A stretch of 43,068 nt of DNA from a virus. Positions 23,381-34,745 of the stretch are shown here, piece by piece. How positions within the stretch are numbered: position 1 is the first letter of the stretch; the number at the start of each line of letters is the position of its first letter. Location of the stretch: the IMG/VR virus record IMGVR_UViG_3300029179_000007, positions 1 through 43,068 of that record; one strand, 5' to 3'. The notes beneath the pieces are model-generated. The model saw only the letters and a program-made list of their open reading frames with translations, was not told the DNA's origin and searched no databases. Position numbers and translations under genes: made by a program.

Positions 23381-26300
23381 TTAGTCAAGGTCATCAACTA
23401 GGAGCATCAAAGGCGAATCACCGAAACGATTATGCAAATCTACCAGACGATCATTAGAGTTCTCCAAGAAAGCCTGATTGACTGCTTGCCGGAATCCTTG
23501 CGGCGTGCCAGTACGAAGGTAGCTAGTAGCCAATTCATCCATGAGATCATCGTTAAGGTTGTTTGCACGAATAGCAGTACGCATACGCTCTAGTACAGCT
23601 TGCTTAGCTTCACGATCAAGAGAGCCATAGTAAGAGTTAAGGTGGATGGATTCTCGAACCTTCGCTTCACTCAACGGGCGCGTGCTCATAACGCGGCTCA
23701 GGATGCCTTGCCAGGACCACACTTCTTCCGGTCCTGCAATCGTATTCCCTGGACCAGTCACGCTATATCCGCTTGCCAGCTCGCTTAAACGCGCCACTGG
23801 ACGGCTCACGGATTGCGTGGAGAGCGCCTCGAAAAACGCCTGTCCTGCGTTGCCATCTTGTTGCAGAACGCTTTTGCCCACTTCAACCATACTACCAATG
23901 ACTTGGCCTACCATCGAAGGTGCGACCATAGTATCAAAGCCCGTAGGAATACGAGGGTTTACGTCACCGCGTGTGTGAACAGCAGGACCAAGGTTAGACG
24001 GTAAGCCATACAGCAGCACACTAGCTGCGTCGTCACCTATGGCACGGTAGGTTCCAGTATACAAGTCGTAGTTTTCATCAGAGAAGTGATTACCAATAGC
24101 TTGAGAAATAGGCTGGAAGCCAGGCAATGATCCTACGCCAAAGATACCAGCTTGTGCTAGCATGGTCTGGCCAAGACCTTTATAGTCTTTAAGATCAAGA
24201 TGGCGATACATGTTCTGAGCATAGGTTAGCATATAAGTTTGGAACAAGCCCATAGCTGCGCCTAGTGAACCTTGGAACATCATGGGCCTCTGAGCAGTAG
24301 AGTAATTGCCCAGTGCTTGCTTCATGTAGTCCCTGGCATAAATCAGCACTTGACGATCACTAGCAGCGTTTCCGTAGATGCGTTTAGCTAATTCCACACC
24401 TGTACCGAAAGCGGCCTTTCGTACTAGCCCTTCAGCAAGTTCAGAAGGTTTAGACATAATCTTAACAAAATTAGAATCAAGAGCTTTTTCAAGGTTAGCA
24501 ATAGCACCAGTAGAAAAGCGAGACATCTTCATTACTTCATCTACTTCAGAAAGAATAGGCTCAAGCAGACCTTCTTCGTCAGCCATTTGGAACAAGCGTA
24601 CGTTAACAGCATCCTTAGAGTTCATGCGCCGAATACCATTGTACATAATAGACAAAGAATTACCGTTCAACATTTGATTAGCGTTTTGAATGTTAGTTGC
24701 TTTAATTGCACGGTTGATAGTAGAAGTAGAGAGAATAGGCAGAGACAGCATGTTTACTAGAGGTTGCGCAATTTCACCAAACTTCAATGCGAGCATAGAG
24801 GCCATTTCGTTACCAGCTCGTACTACACGATTAGGGTCAGTAATACCGGCATTGCGAGCACGCTGTAGCAGGAGAGGTTTAGCAGCATCATTAAAGGCAG
24901 CATACGGATCAGGAATATTCATAGCTTTACGAGCAGCTTCATACTTATCCCAGTCCATAGTATCGCCGTCTTTAACAAGATTAGCACCTTGGCGAGCAAC
25001 TTGGAAAGCTTTACCTACTGCTTCAATAGCAAATTGGATACCAGTATCTACAGGCTTATTAAATGCTTGCATAAGTTCAGAACGATACGCAGGATTACGG
25101 CCAAGCAGAATATCTTTAATATCAGCAGCAGTGTCCTTAGTCTGAGCTTGCTTAACCGTACGCATGAAGCCGGTTTTATTTGTATCAGTCAGAGGCTTCT
25201 GAGCTTGAGCACTAAGATAGTCCAGCTTCTTCATCAAGTCAAATGAACCGTACTCAACCATAGCAATAGTCTGAGCATTGAAACGATCACGGAAACCTTC
25301 AATAATATCAGACAGACGTTGAGGAGACAAGTCAGGAGCAGCAAGACCAATACCGCGCTTTTGCATACCCACGTTAGCAGCAGTAACCATCTCAAGATCA
25401 TCCTGCATCATAGCCAAGCGTTCATTACTAACTTCAGTACGGAAACGAATTACTTCATCAGGCCCGGCATTATAAGCTTTAGCAAGATCTTGCAGACCTT
25501 CATAAGTATCAGCAACAAGAAGCTTTTGAGTGTTATCAGAAGTGTTAAGTACGAAAGCATATTCTTTGTTTTTAAGATTAGTGTAAGGCATCCAAATACC
25601 AATAGAAGCAGGACGAGGTTTACCAGAAAGACGATTGACTACAGTTTGAGTTTCATATACTTCATTAGCTGCCTTTTCAATAGCTTGCAAAGCCCGATGC
25701 ACTTCATCATGCTTGACCACCATATCAGTAATAGGCTTAGGATTCTTCAGTGCGCCAGTAGTAGTATCCAGAGTACCAGTGACAAAAGTACGAGCTTCAG
25801 AATCATAGCGAATTAGACCCTTATTACTGAGACGAAGATTATCAAAGATAGCAAATTCGGTACGAGCAGCGTCATTAGTATACAGAGTACGGAAGGCGGA
25901 TGCTACAGGATCAATAAAAGCTTTTTCAATTTGGTTAGCTACATGGACTCGTTTATCGCCTAGTGCAGTAACAAGACGACCAATCTCACCCATGTTAGAA
26001 GTAATCATATCAGCAGATTGGAACAGTGGATTACCGCCTTTAGAGTTATTGAATTGAGCAAGACCTTCACGAAGTGCTTTGTATTCACCAGCATTAAGAA
26101 TTTCTTTAAGGGCAGAAGCAGCAGTAGCAGACTTACTACCTAGTACAGAAGTCTCAACCCAGAGTTTGTTGATAGTAGCATACTGTTCGTCAATAGCATT
26201 AAGTTTAGCAGAGAGATGCATAGCATAAGTAGTATCACCTTCGTTAAGAGCACGCTTAATACGACGATCAAGAATAGCTTCACCACGAAGTTCGGCACGA

Positions 26301-28942
26301 TGCTTATCAAGAATATCACCAGTCTCGCCAACAATTTGCTGCTTGTTAGCAGTAATATGCATGATACGACGAGCAGGACTAAGAGCTTCTCCAACTTGTT
26401 CTTCAGTATTCCAGCGGTTAACTCGAGAATTAAGTTCAGCGTACGGTACGTCACCATTAGCCATATCAATAAAAGCACTACGATTAGAAGCAGCCAGTTG
26501 TACCATCTCAGGGGTAGTATTAAATTTAATAGCAGCTACTTCAGCTTTCATGCCACCTTTAATAGCTTCGTTAATAGCTTCACCTTTAATACGCAGATGT
26601 TCCATAGCAAGTTCTTGGTGATCAAGTTCAGCAAACTTAACTTTACTTACAGGCAGCTTTTGCTTATCTACAAACTTAGCAGCACCAGCCGGAAGCTTAT
26701 CTACCATATCACGAGTACTAGCACCAATCAACCATTCAGCTTCGCCACGATAGATATAGCCAATCACATCATCAAGATTAACTTTATAAGTATGAGGAGT
26801 ACCAAAAAGAGAAGCTACTCGATCATTAAAAGTATAGGAAGAAACAGAAGTGTCACCGTTAGGTTGAGTTTTAGTACCACGTTTAATATAGATATTGCCT
26901 TTGGCATCAGAGTGCGCACCAAGAGCTTTCTTTTGCTGACGAACAAGCGGAGAGTTAAGAATGTTAGTAATAGCATCAGCTTCTGGGGTATTGTTAGACA
27001 TACCACGACGGAGAGTACGAGCACTAGCCATAGCATTACGGAAGTGTTCTTTATCTTGCGCGTGGCCGCCAATCCAGCGAGCGAGGAACAGAATAGCTTC
27101 AGAGTTAAGTTGAGCTTCGTCATTAGCATACTTGCTAAGAGAGTAATGATTGTCACGAGCGTACTGTTTAGCATATTGCTCCATTTTACGAGGAGCTACA
27201 CTATGCCAGTCGTCACGAATAAGATTACCCTTAGCTGCTTCTTCTTTACGAACAAAGTCATAGAAACGATTAGATTCATTTTGGAAGCTATTGAAATCGT
27301 ACTCGTCTTTAATAAGAGGTTTAATTACGCCGGTCTTAATGTCATTATTAATATCAGCAAAATGAGTAGGCTTAACATAATTAACTGGGTCAATAGCAGC
27401 AGTAGGCAGATCAGTAACTTCTTCCATGTTAACGAGTTTGTATTTCTCGTCTTCATAGAGTTTGATTTTAGTATTAGTAAGAGTAATGTAGTCTTCAGTA
27501 GCTTTAGCCAAAGCTTTAGGATCAGATTGAGGATTTTGAATAATCTCTTGTAAGCTAACTTTGCGTCTGTCTACAGCAGATAGCCAGCCGTTGATAGCCG
27601 CATAGTCAGTAGCAAACAGTTCAGTAGCAGCAAGCTTATCAGTTGACAAAGAAGAGTAGTATTTAAGACCAGCAAGATATTCCATCTCGACATCACCAGT
27701 ACGGCTAAGGTCGAAGTTCTTAGCAAAAGAGTTAGTGACAGCTTTATAAGAGAAGCGTTTAAGAGTAGCGTCTACTGCCTTGGGACCATTAACATCCGCA
27801 GCAGTAGTAATAAGGTTAGCATTAAGTTTATTGTCAACGAACGCATCGAATTCAGGAGAATAGAAAGAATTACGAACGAATTGATCTTCGTCTTTTACAA
27901 GGTCACGTTTTTTGAAGATTGGCATATTACCAAGTTTAGGACCTTCATCTACGTTCAGTTCACCAATGTTGAGAGGCTTATAGAATTTAACTTTATCAGT
28001 ACCAAGGAAACGGAGATCAGTAAAGCGGCTAGCAATAGCATTTTTAACTTCAGTAGACAGTGTGCTCATTTCAGGAGACATCTTACTAGCAGCAAGCTCT
28101 CCCATGCGTACTCGCATATTCTGAGCCATGTCAGTAGCGATCTGCTTAGTAAGACCATTATAGTCAGGAAGTTTAGCCATAGTCTCAAGACGACTAGCAG
28201 CAAGATTAAGATGAGCTAGAGTGGCAGAAGTATCAGCATAAGCTACATCAAATACTTTAACGTTCTGGCGTACTGTCTCCAGAGCATCAGTGGTTACTCG
28301 TCCGCCTACAGCTTTAAGTTCAGCATGAGAAATAAGACCAGTAATACCAGCACCAATACCACCGCCGATAGCCATACTAATCCCAAAGTTCTTAACGGGA
28401 TCTTCCATATAGTCTTCCATGTACGGGTGCGCACTAAAGGTCCCCATAATGGCAAGTTCGGTAGCAGCAGTATCCATCAGGTTATTAGCTTGACTACGCA
28501 AAAACATAGCATTACGAACTTTCTTATACTCTGCAGTACCTTTTAAGCCATCAGCAATAAGCGATTCATACTTAGCGAGATCTTCAACTTGACGAGCAGG
28601 AGAAAGAAAAGAAGTACCTTTAAGTCCAGCACGAACACCACGAGCTAGCTTAAGTGCAGCACCTCCAGGAATCAGCATACCACCAATAAAAGACATAGCT
28701 TGTACTACGTCCTTGTTATTGTTGTATGCTGACAGAGCGCCAGTAGCACCCATATCCTGAAGGAGCTTACGAGTGGACACTTCCATACCAGTAGCTTCAG
28801 GAACAATGGAGTTCCAAATGGTAGTGCCCACATCTACAACAGCAGCCGCAGTAGTATTGAAAGCTTTCTCAACAAAGTTCTGGCTAGCATAGTCCAGGCT
28901 ACTGGCCATAGAAACTGTGTTGATATCCCCAAGATTAATCAT
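23381..28942 (-). CDS. Giant internal virion / DNA-ejection-type protein (1853 aa)
   Basis: Last gene of the late operon, after two other internal-protein-like genes (T7 gp14-16-like layout). Gly-rich hydrophobic segments (GISMAIGGGIGAGITGL). I saw no enzymatic motif. Confidence 0.55.
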   Translation of the reverse strand: MINLGDINTVSMASSLDYASQNFVEKAFNTTAAAVVDVGTTIWNSIVPEATGMEVSTRKLLQDMGATGALSAYNNNKDVVQAMSFIGGMLIPGGAALKLARGVRAGLKGTSFLSPARQVEDLAKYESLIADGLKGTAEYKKVRNAMFLRSQANNLMDTAATELAIMGTFSAHPYMEDYMEDPVKNFGISMAIGGGIGAGITGLISHAELKAVGGRVTTDALETVRQNVKVFDVAYADTSATLAHLNLAASRLETMAKLPDYNGLTKQIATDMAQNMRVRMGELAASKMSPEMSTLSTEVKNAIASRFTDLRFLGTDKVKFYKPLNIGELNVDEGPKLGNMPIFKKRDLVKDEDQFVRNSFYSPEFDAFVDNKLNANLITTAADVNGPKAVDATLKRFSYKAVTNSFAKNFDLSRTGDVEMEYLAGLKYYSSLSTDKLAATELFATDYAAINGWLSAVDRRKVSLQEIIQNPQSDPKALAKATEDYITLTNTKIKLYEDEKYKLVNMEEVTDLPTAAIDPVNYVKPTHFADINNDIKTGVIKPLIKDEYDFNSFQNESNRFYDFVRKEEAAKGNLIRDDWHSVAPRKMEQYAKQYARDNHYSLSKYANDEAQLNSEAILFLARWIGGHAQDKEHFRNAMASARTLRRGMSNNTPEADAITNILNSPLVRQQKKALGAHSDAKGNIYIKRGTKTQPNGDTSVSSYTFNDRVASLFGTPHTYKVNLDDVIGYIYRGEAEWLIGASTRDMVDKLPAGAAKFVDKQKLPVSKVKFAELDHQELAMEHLRIKGEAINEAIKGGMKAEVAAIKFNTTPEMVQLAASNRSAFIDMANGDVPYAELNSRVNRWNTEEQVGEALSPARRIMHITANKQQIVGETGDILDKHRAELRGEAILDRRIKRALNEGDTTYAMHLSAKLNAIDEQYATINKLWVETSVLGSKSATAASALKEILNAGEYKALREGLAQFNNSKGGNPLFQSADMITSNMGEIGRLVTALGDKRVHVANQIEKAFIDPVASAFRTLYTNDAARTEFAIFDNLRLSNKGLIRYDSEARTFVTGTLDTTTGALKNPKPITDMVVKHDEVHRALQAIEKAANEVYETQTVVNRLSGKPRPASIGIWMPYTNLKNKEYAFVLNTSDNTQKLLVADTYEGLQDLAKAYNAGPDEVIRFRTEVSNERLAMMQDDLEMVTAANVGMQKRGIGLAAPDLSPQRLSDIIEGFRDRFNAQTIAMVEYGSFDLMKKLDYLSAQAQKPLTDTNKTGFMRTVKQAQTKDTAADIKDILLGRNPAYRSELMQAFNKPVDTGIQFAIEAVGKAFQVARQGANLVKDGDTMDWDKYEAARKAMNIPDPYAAFNDAAKPLLLQRARNAGITDPNRVVRAGNEMASMLALKFGEIAQPLVNMLSLPILSTSTINRAIKATNIQNANQMLNGNSLSIMYNGIRRMNSKDAVNVRLFQMADEEGLLEPILSEVDEVMKMSRFSTGAIANLEKALDSNFVKIMSKPSELAEGLVRKAAFGTGVELAKRIYGNAASDRQVLIYARDYMKQALGNYSTAQRPMMFQGSLGAAMGLFQTYMLTYAQNMYRHLDLKDYKGLGQTMLAQAGIFGVGSLPGFQPISQAIGNHFSDENYDLYTGTYRAIGDDAASVLLYGLPSNLGPAVHTRGDVNPRIPTGFDTMVAPSMVGQVIGSMVEVGKSVLQQDGNAGQAFFEALSTQSVSRPVARLSELASGYSVTGPGNTIAGPEEVWSWQGILSRVMSTRPLSEAKVRESIHLNSYYGSLDREAKQAVLERMRTAIRANNLNDDLMDELATSYLRTGTPQGFRQAVNQAFLENSNDRLVDLHNRFGDSPLMLLVDDLD

Positions 28943-30663
28943 TTAGTATTGCTCCCATCAAAGTTGCCAGTCCAGGGGTTCCAACCAGCACGGAAACTAT
29001 TATTCATCTTGGCTCGTACAATAGCTGCATCTACCATAGAGCGAGTCATTACTGGATTACCATAACCGCCAGGAGGACCGTACAGATCAGTATCAGAAAT
29101 ATTAGAAGCCTGAGAGTTAATATACGCTACCATGGCAGTAGTCTTAGCCGGGTCTGCCGTAGACCAATCCATACGAGACATAATATCGTTAATAGTGATA
29201 AGAGACTCTACGCCTTTTTTGTTAGCTTTCTCTTTAATTAGCACATCTCGAATAGCAATAACTTCATCACGAATTTGAGGATCTTGAGGAGCTTCCCATT
29301 GACTAACAGAACCTTCAAAAGCTTTAGTGCGATTAGCCTGTTGCTGCTCCATAATAATCTGGAATTTCTTAACCTTCATATCAAGCTCAGCAGCTTGTTT
29401 TTCTTTAGGAGACAAGCCCGGCATAACAATAAAAGCTTTTTGGTCTTCTTCGCTAAGGTTAGGTTTGTATTTCTCGTCGAACTGTTCAAGTTCAGTTTTA
29501 AGCTGGTCTACAATTCCAGGATTGTTAATACGAGTACTAAGTGCATTCTTAGCCCAAGTAGCTTCAGGACCACTGCCAATTACTGCAGTCATAGCCACAG
29601 TAGGAGTATCCATACGGCTAAATTCAAGAGCTTTATATTCAACAGTATTAGGATTAGCAGTAGCAAGAGTTTGGTTAATTTGTAGACGTTCAGCAGCAGT
29701 AGGGACTTTATCAGGTCCATAAAGTACAGCGGCGACTTGAGTAACATCAGTATCAGGAACAAGATTAGAAACAGGTTGAACAGTATCTCCGAGACGCTTG
29801 TTAATTAGCGCTTGCGTAGCTTCCATACGAGCATTGACCATCATTAGCTCTGGATCATTTTTAAGAATATCTTCTATCTGTTTATCACGCTCAGCACGAA
29901 GTCCTTTATAAGTATTAATAGTTTGCAGAGATTCCTCGGTAGGACCAAGATATTGTCCAGCATAATTTTGATTATAGAACTGCTGATCTAGCTGGCGGTC
30001 TGCTTGCATTTGAGCTTCTACACCGTCAAGACCAAGAGAAGCACCAATCTGAATTTCTAAGCCAGCAAGTTTGCTTTGTTTGTACTCAGCTACAGAGGCC
30101 ATAAGAGACTGATAAGCAGTAGAGATTTCCGCATAGTCACCAGAATTTTGAATAGCAGAGATTTGCGTATCAATATTCTTCAGTACGTCAGAGCCTTTAA
30201 TAGCCTGCGGTAGATTATTTTGAGTCGTAGTTTTACGAGCAGCACCTGGATAGTTAAACCCAAGATCAGCACCTGGAGCAGCACTGAAGCTAATCTCACC
30301 TTTAGTACCAATAGTTGCACGAACTCCTGGATATGTAGCTTGCGCAGCCGCTGCACGCAATTCCTTATCTTGAGTTTGGTCAGCGAGTAAGTCATTAAGT
30401 GCATCCTCCCCAGAAGACGTAGCAGCCAGAGGTTTAAAGATTTCCGTTTGTTTATCAATGCGATCTTGCTGAGACTGCTTTTGTATTAGCAGATTAGCAA
30501 CAGTGTTGTTATCCAGTTTAGTAGCTTTGTTAGAATCAGTAGAGAAACCAATAGTAGCATTAGGCCCAACAAGGTCGGCATAAAAGGAAGTAAGCCCTTG
30601 TTCCTTTTTGGCTTCTTCTTCCGTATTATGCCAAAGCCCATCTTTATCTGGAAAGATTGCCAT
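28939..30663 (-). CDS. Internal virion-type protein (574 aa)
   Basis: ATGA coupling to the downstream gene. Assigned by position in the ejection-protein block. Confidence 0.5.
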   Translation of the reverse strand: MAIFPDKDGLWHNTEEEAKKEQGLTSFYADLVGPNATIGFSTDSNKATKLDNNTVANLLIQKQSQQDRIDKQTEIFKPLAATSSGEDALNDLLADQTQDKELRAAAAQATYPGVRATIGTKGEISFSAAPGADLGFNYPGAARKTTTQNNLPQAIKGSDVLKNIDTQISAIQNSGDYAEISTAYQSLMASVAEYKQSKLAGLEIQIGASLGLDGVEAQMQADRQLDQQFYNQNYAGQYLGPTEESLQTINTYKGLRAERDKQIEDILKNDPELMMVNARMEATQALINKRLGDTVQPVSNLVPDTDVTQVAAVLYGPDKVPTAAERLQINQTLATANPNTVEYKALEFSRMDTPTVAMTAVIGSGPEATWAKNALSTRINNPGIVDQLKTELEQFDEKYKPNLSEEDQKAFIVMPGLSPKEKQAAELDMKVKKFQIIMEQQQANRTKAFEGSVSQWEAPQDPQIRDEVIAIRDVLIKEKANKKGVESLITINDIMSRMDWSTADPAKTTAMVAYINSQASNISDTDLYGPPGGYGNPVMTRSMVDAAIVRAKMNNSFRAGWNPWTGNFDGSNTK

Positions 30664-30672
30664 AGTAGCTCC

Positions 30673-31632
30673 TTAGAATTGGCTATAAGAGTTGCCAGAT
30701 TGTTTAATAGTCCTATTGGAGTTGATGCTACCCCAATTGCTACGATTTCCTGCGGAGTAAGAAGATGGAGTAGTATAGCTAGAAACAGACTTAGGCGCAG
30801 GAGAGGAACTAGACGGATCAGAATTATTGGTATTAGTAGTGGTAGTTTGGGGTCCCATAACATTAGTCTGCATAGAAGTACTAGAACTATTAGAACTAGA
30901 GCTTTGAGAGCCTACACTAGTTTCATTCCAGCGAGAAGTTTCTTTATTCTTAGAGGTTTGAGTGGTAGTAGTCGTGGCGCCTTTAGCAATGTCCAGAGCA
31001 GCAAGAAGCTGTTGAGTAACCGGGTTATCTATCTTGAGAAGTTCCACATTGTTACCAGAAGCTTGGTTAGCAATCTGCCCATAAGAAATCATAGCATCAA
31101 GTTGCAATTGTGCAGAAGCTCTAGCAGCCTGATCAGCAGCATTCTGAGCTAGTAGAGCAGCCATAGAACTACCGCTTGTACCGGCTGAATCAATGCCAGC
31201 AGAAATAGCAGGAGTCAACTGTTGTAGGGCTTCATATTGCGCAGCCTTAGCAGCAGTATCAGCATCATATTGAGCACTCTCTTTAGAATATTTTTGTTGC
31301 TGGAGAGTATTAGCATTAATTTCTGCAGTAATCTTATCCCAGCGAGCACGGTCTTGAGGAGTACCTCCATTAGCTAATTGTTTAATTAGTTGCTCAAGAG
31401 CAGCCAAAGAACTATCAGACATGTTCTGCTGTTTGGTAGTTACTACTCCAGAGCTGCTAGTGGTTTTAGACCCAGCCGTAGATTGAGAGCTGCTAGCTTT
31501 AGAATTAGTAGAAGTATTTTGAGAGCCAAAAGAAGTATCAGTTCTAGGACCAGTAGTTTGAGTGCTAGTTTGAGAGGAGCCGCCACCTCCATTAGCAGCG
31601 GCTGTATTACCAGAATTACGAGATATAGCCAT
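30673..31632 (-). CDS. Low-complexity S/T/Q/N-rich internal virion-type protein (319 aa)
   Basis: Disordered S/T/G-rich ends flank an A/Q-rich helical core. TAATG coupling to the upstream gene. Confidence 0.5.
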   Translation of the reverse strand: MAISRNSGNTAAANGGGGSSQTSTQTTGPRTDTSFGSQNTSTNSKASSSQSTAGSKTTSSSGVVTTKQQNMSDSSLAALEQLIKQLANGGTPQDRARWDKITAEINANTLQQQKYSKESAQYDADTAAKAAQYEALQQLTPAISAGIDSAGTSGSSMAALLAQNAADQAARASAQLQLDAMISYGQIANQASGNNVELLKIDNPVTQQLLAALDIAKGATTTTTQTSKNKETSRWNETSVGSQSSSSNSSSTSMQTNVMGPQTTTTNTNNSDPSSSSPAPKSVSSYTTPSSYSAGNRSNWGSINSNRTIKQSGNSYSQF

Positions 31633-34600
31633 TACACGTCTCCTCCTTCATCATCTCCGCCATCTTCACCACCCGGTTCATAGTACGACACAAAGCGCAT
31701 TCTGCCAGCTTCGTGCCCATACAAAGTCATATACTGAATATTGAACTGACCCTGTAGCGTTATAGTAAACCATCTGCCGTCAAGAGTAAAGGGGATTTCT
31801 GCAATTCGACTATTGACTAAATCAAAACTAAGTTCAGACTTATCATCATAGCGTTCTAGAATTTTATAATTTACATTATTAAAAGAAGATCTAAACGTCA
31901 AATTTACCTTGCCATGCTGATAGAGATTTTCACTACCGAGTCCAATAGAAGCCCCAGTTAATCTAGTATAACCAGCTCTAGCCAAGCCTATCTTTCCATA
32001 TACAATCTTAGAATAAGGATTAAAGTTCATAAGAAGGCAAGGAAGCCTATCTCTATCAATTAAGGCATCGAAATATGGAGAGCTAGTAGCTAGATATACA
32101 CAACCCATGTTAAGCGTATTTTGAGTTACATCTACTCCATAGTTTACGCTGTCGCTTACAATTAGAGGTCGCTCTACTCTGTTAACAGGAAGGGTGTCAA
32201 ATAGGAGACTATGAGCTTCAGAAAACACTCCCCATTTATCTTGCAGCAAATCTTTCATATAGGCCATTATATAAGAAGGATAATAAGGCTCAAAGATGCC
32301 TTTACCAAAGGTAGCAAATTGCATATCGGAATCAGGATAGCCAGGAGTACTAGGAACAAAAGGCGTAAGGGCGTTAACACTATCTTTATCGTAGCCGTAA
32401 TTAAAGCTAGGAGACGGAATAGAATATCCAGAATACATCAAAGTAGTAACAGGCGGATTATTATTAATAGTATTAATAGCTTCTGTAGGGTCAAAGGTAG
32501 TAGCTGAGCCATTGTCTGTGGGTTCACAAGGTTTAAAAATAGAACGAGAGTGTGTTTTACGGAAAGAAAAACCACCTTTAGGGAAATAGCCATAGCCAGA
32601 AATTTCACATTGGAATACTGTAACAGTTTCACGAGTTCCAGGAACTTCTTCATAGGGAGCGCGTAAAGCTGTCCAAGCAAACTCAGTAGCACCATTTCCT
32701 ATAGTAGTATAATAACCTGGCTCTGAGTCCAGCTTAGCAGTTTCACTGGTAATATTAATAGTCCAGTCAATGTTAGTTTTAAAACTGGCCGTAGTAGCTA
32801 CGATTTTAAGTACGCATCCGTCTTCTTCAGCTACAAAATTCAAATCTACCAATAGGTTAGGAATGATAACATTCATGGCATTAGTGCTAGCATTGCCAGG
32901 ATATGGATCAGGTCTAGTAGGAATAGGCAAAGGCCACTTACCATTAGGGAAAGGATCAGCAGAAAGTCCTACAGAAGCTAAATTTGGATCACCTAGTTTG
33001 ATATTAACTAATCCTCCAAGTCCGCCAATAGGCGAACCGCCAGAAGTCCTGCCTACTAGCAATTCCATAGAACGTTCGTGCATGTCATTAAGTTTAGCAA
33101 AGCTTTCTAACAAGACATTAGTAAAGTCGTCACCAGCAAGATCAATGAACCGTGCACCTGGCTGAGAAACTATAGGGCCTGCTTCATAGGACCAATAGGC
33201 AGAATCAGGAGAGAACCTTGTACTATAAGTTACTAAGCCAAGTAAGTAATCAGTAGTTACTGGATGTCCTGCTTTGGGTGTCCAAGTCCAGCCTTTAAAT
33301 CTCCCCATAGCAGCAGCTTCAGCAGGATCTAATTGTTGCGTGCTGCCGTTATCCCACTTAATATCTTCCATGTAGTTTATACCAAATGGATACATAAACT
33401 TCCATCCGGTGTAGCATGGGATTAATGCTTCTTCATCTGCAACGCTGGGAAACGGCTCTCCTGTAGGCTCAAAATCCTCAATACCAAAATTCGGGGCCAT
33501 GCCAGAAGCTTGTTGCAATAGATTAAAAGGAAAGCCAGGATTATAATTTGGGTCATTAAAACTGGGTGGAGGGTTAGTAACAAAAGGATTTCCTTTACCA
33601 TCAAATACTAGTCGACCATGTCTAGTAGCCCCAGAGTCAGCAATATCTTTATCAGAGATGCCAATAGCAAGATGTGTACCACCCAGCACTTTTACGTTAA
33701 TTATAGGAGCCAAGCGTTTAAAATATGTAGACAGCTCACTTTCGTATGGTTGCAGTACGCCATCAGCTACCTGATATAATCCACCAGTAGTAGCCCAGAG
33801 GTAGTGAATATTATCATTAGGACCAGCAGCTACTTGATCGTAGTAGAGTACTCCAATATCTTTAGCTACAGGAGTAGCCGACCAACGTTCAGACGAAGAC
33901 GCAGGAATCACTCTAGTAATAGAGGCAGTAGCATAAATAATAAAACCGCGACCTGCTTGTTTAATATTAGTGATATTGCCAGCAACAGCAGAGAATTTAG
34001 TAGAACCTGCAAAAGTAGTAGCATCAGGCTTAAAGTCAAATTTATTAAGTGCGTTAGACCAGGCTACTGATCCGTCAGTATCCCAAAAGCCTAAACGGTT
34101 GTCAGCTTTAAAGATACCAACCTGTCCTTCCATATTAAGAAAAGTAGGCTGCATAGCAGCTATGCCAAACTGGTAATCCTCAGATTCGTATATAGCTTCT
34201 GCGCTACTGTTATTAGCTAAAAACTGCTGGTAATCTGCCCAAGGCATGATAGCATAAAGAAGATCTTCAGATTGATGATACATGTATACTATGTTATCAA
34301 GTACTACTCTGGTCCAAAGCGTCTTAGTTCCAGGAGCTTCTTCTACATGCTGTACCCTAGTCCAATAGCGTAGGTCTGCGTCAAAAGTACCTTCATACGA
34401 GCAGAAGAGATAAATCCCACCTTCAGCCAAACCAACACTGATAGGAAAAGCATTCACAGTTTGATAAGTAAAAATATCTTGAAATAGAACTTTATCTAAG
34501 CCGTCTAGTGGATCTTCAGTATTTGGGTTGTCTCTAAAAAATTTGGCAGGATAGAATGCGCTCTTATAGCCAAATGGAGTTGGTAGAACATTAATAGCTT

Positions 34601-34736
34601 CATAAGGAATAGCCGGAATTGCAGTTTCAGGAGCATCTTCTCTTGGAGTTTTACCTAGGTTTATTTGCATACCTTTAGGATCAAGGATAAGCAAAGGTCT
34701 TCTAGTCTCTATATATAAACCTCTTGAAATGCCCAT
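31632..34736 (-). CDS. Large tail protein (1034 aa; nozzle / tail tubular B-like by position)
   Basis: AAGGAG SD 6 nt before the ATG. Size and position ahead of the internal-protein block support the call. Acidic Gly-rich C-terminus GGEDGGDDEGGDV. Confidence 0.5.
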   Translation of the reverse strand: MGISRGLYIETRRPLLILDPKGMQINLGKTPREDAPETAIPAIPYEAINVLPTPFGYKSAFYPAKFFRDNPNTEDPLDGLDKVLFQDIFTYQTVNAFPISVGLAEGGIYLFCSYEGTFDADLRYWTRVQHVEEAPGTKTLWTRVVLDNIVYMYHQSEDLLYAIMPWADYQQFLANNSSAEAIYESEDYQFGIAAMQPTFLNMEGQVGIFKADNRLGFWDTDGSVAWSNALNKFDFKPDATTFAGSTKFSAVAGNITNIKQAGRGFIIYATASITRVIPASSSERWSATPVAKDIGVLYYDQVAAGPNDNIHYLWATTGGLYQVADGVLQPYESELSTYFKRLAPIINVKVLGGTHLAIGISDKDIADSGATRHGRLVFDGKGNPFVTNPPPSFNDPNYNPGFPFNLLQQASGMAPNFGIEDFEPTGEPFPSVADEEALIPCYTGWKFMYPFGINYMEDIKWDNGSTQQLDPAEAAAMGRFKGWTWTPKAGHPVTTDYLLGLVTYSTRFSPDSAYWSYEAGPIVSQPGARFIDLAGDDFTNVLLESFAKLNDMHERSMELLVGRTSGGSPIGGLGGLVNIKLGDPNLASVGLSADPFPNGKWPLPIPTRPDPYPGNASTNAMNVIIPNLLVDLNFVAEEDGCVLKIVATTASFKTNIDWTINITSETAKLDSEPGYYTTIGNGATEFAWTALRAPYEEVPGTRETVTVFQCEISGYGYFPKGGFSFRKTHSRSIFKPCEPTDNGSATTFDPTEAINTINNNPPVTTLMYSGYSIPSPSFNYGYDKDSVNALTPFVPSTPGYPDSDMQFATFGKGIFEPYYPSYIMAYMKDLLQDKWGVFSEAHSLLFDTLPVNRVERPLIVSDSVNYGVDVTQNTLNMGCVYLATSSPYFDALIDRDRLPCLLMNFNPYSKIVYGKIGLARAGYTRLTGASIGLGSENLYQHGKVNLTFRSSFNNVNYKILERYDDKSELSFDLVNSRIAEIPFTLDGRWFTITLQGQFNIQYMTLYGHEAGRMRFVSYYEPGGEDGGDDEGGDV

Positions 34737-34745
34737 AATTTCTCC

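Noticed and set aside
26216-27553. The 445-aa plus-strand ORF, and other plus ORFs inside 23381..28942
   Set aside because: They are antisense shadows of the 1853-aa gene, with S/T/I/N/F-rich low-complexity translations, no SD, and an orientation against the operon.
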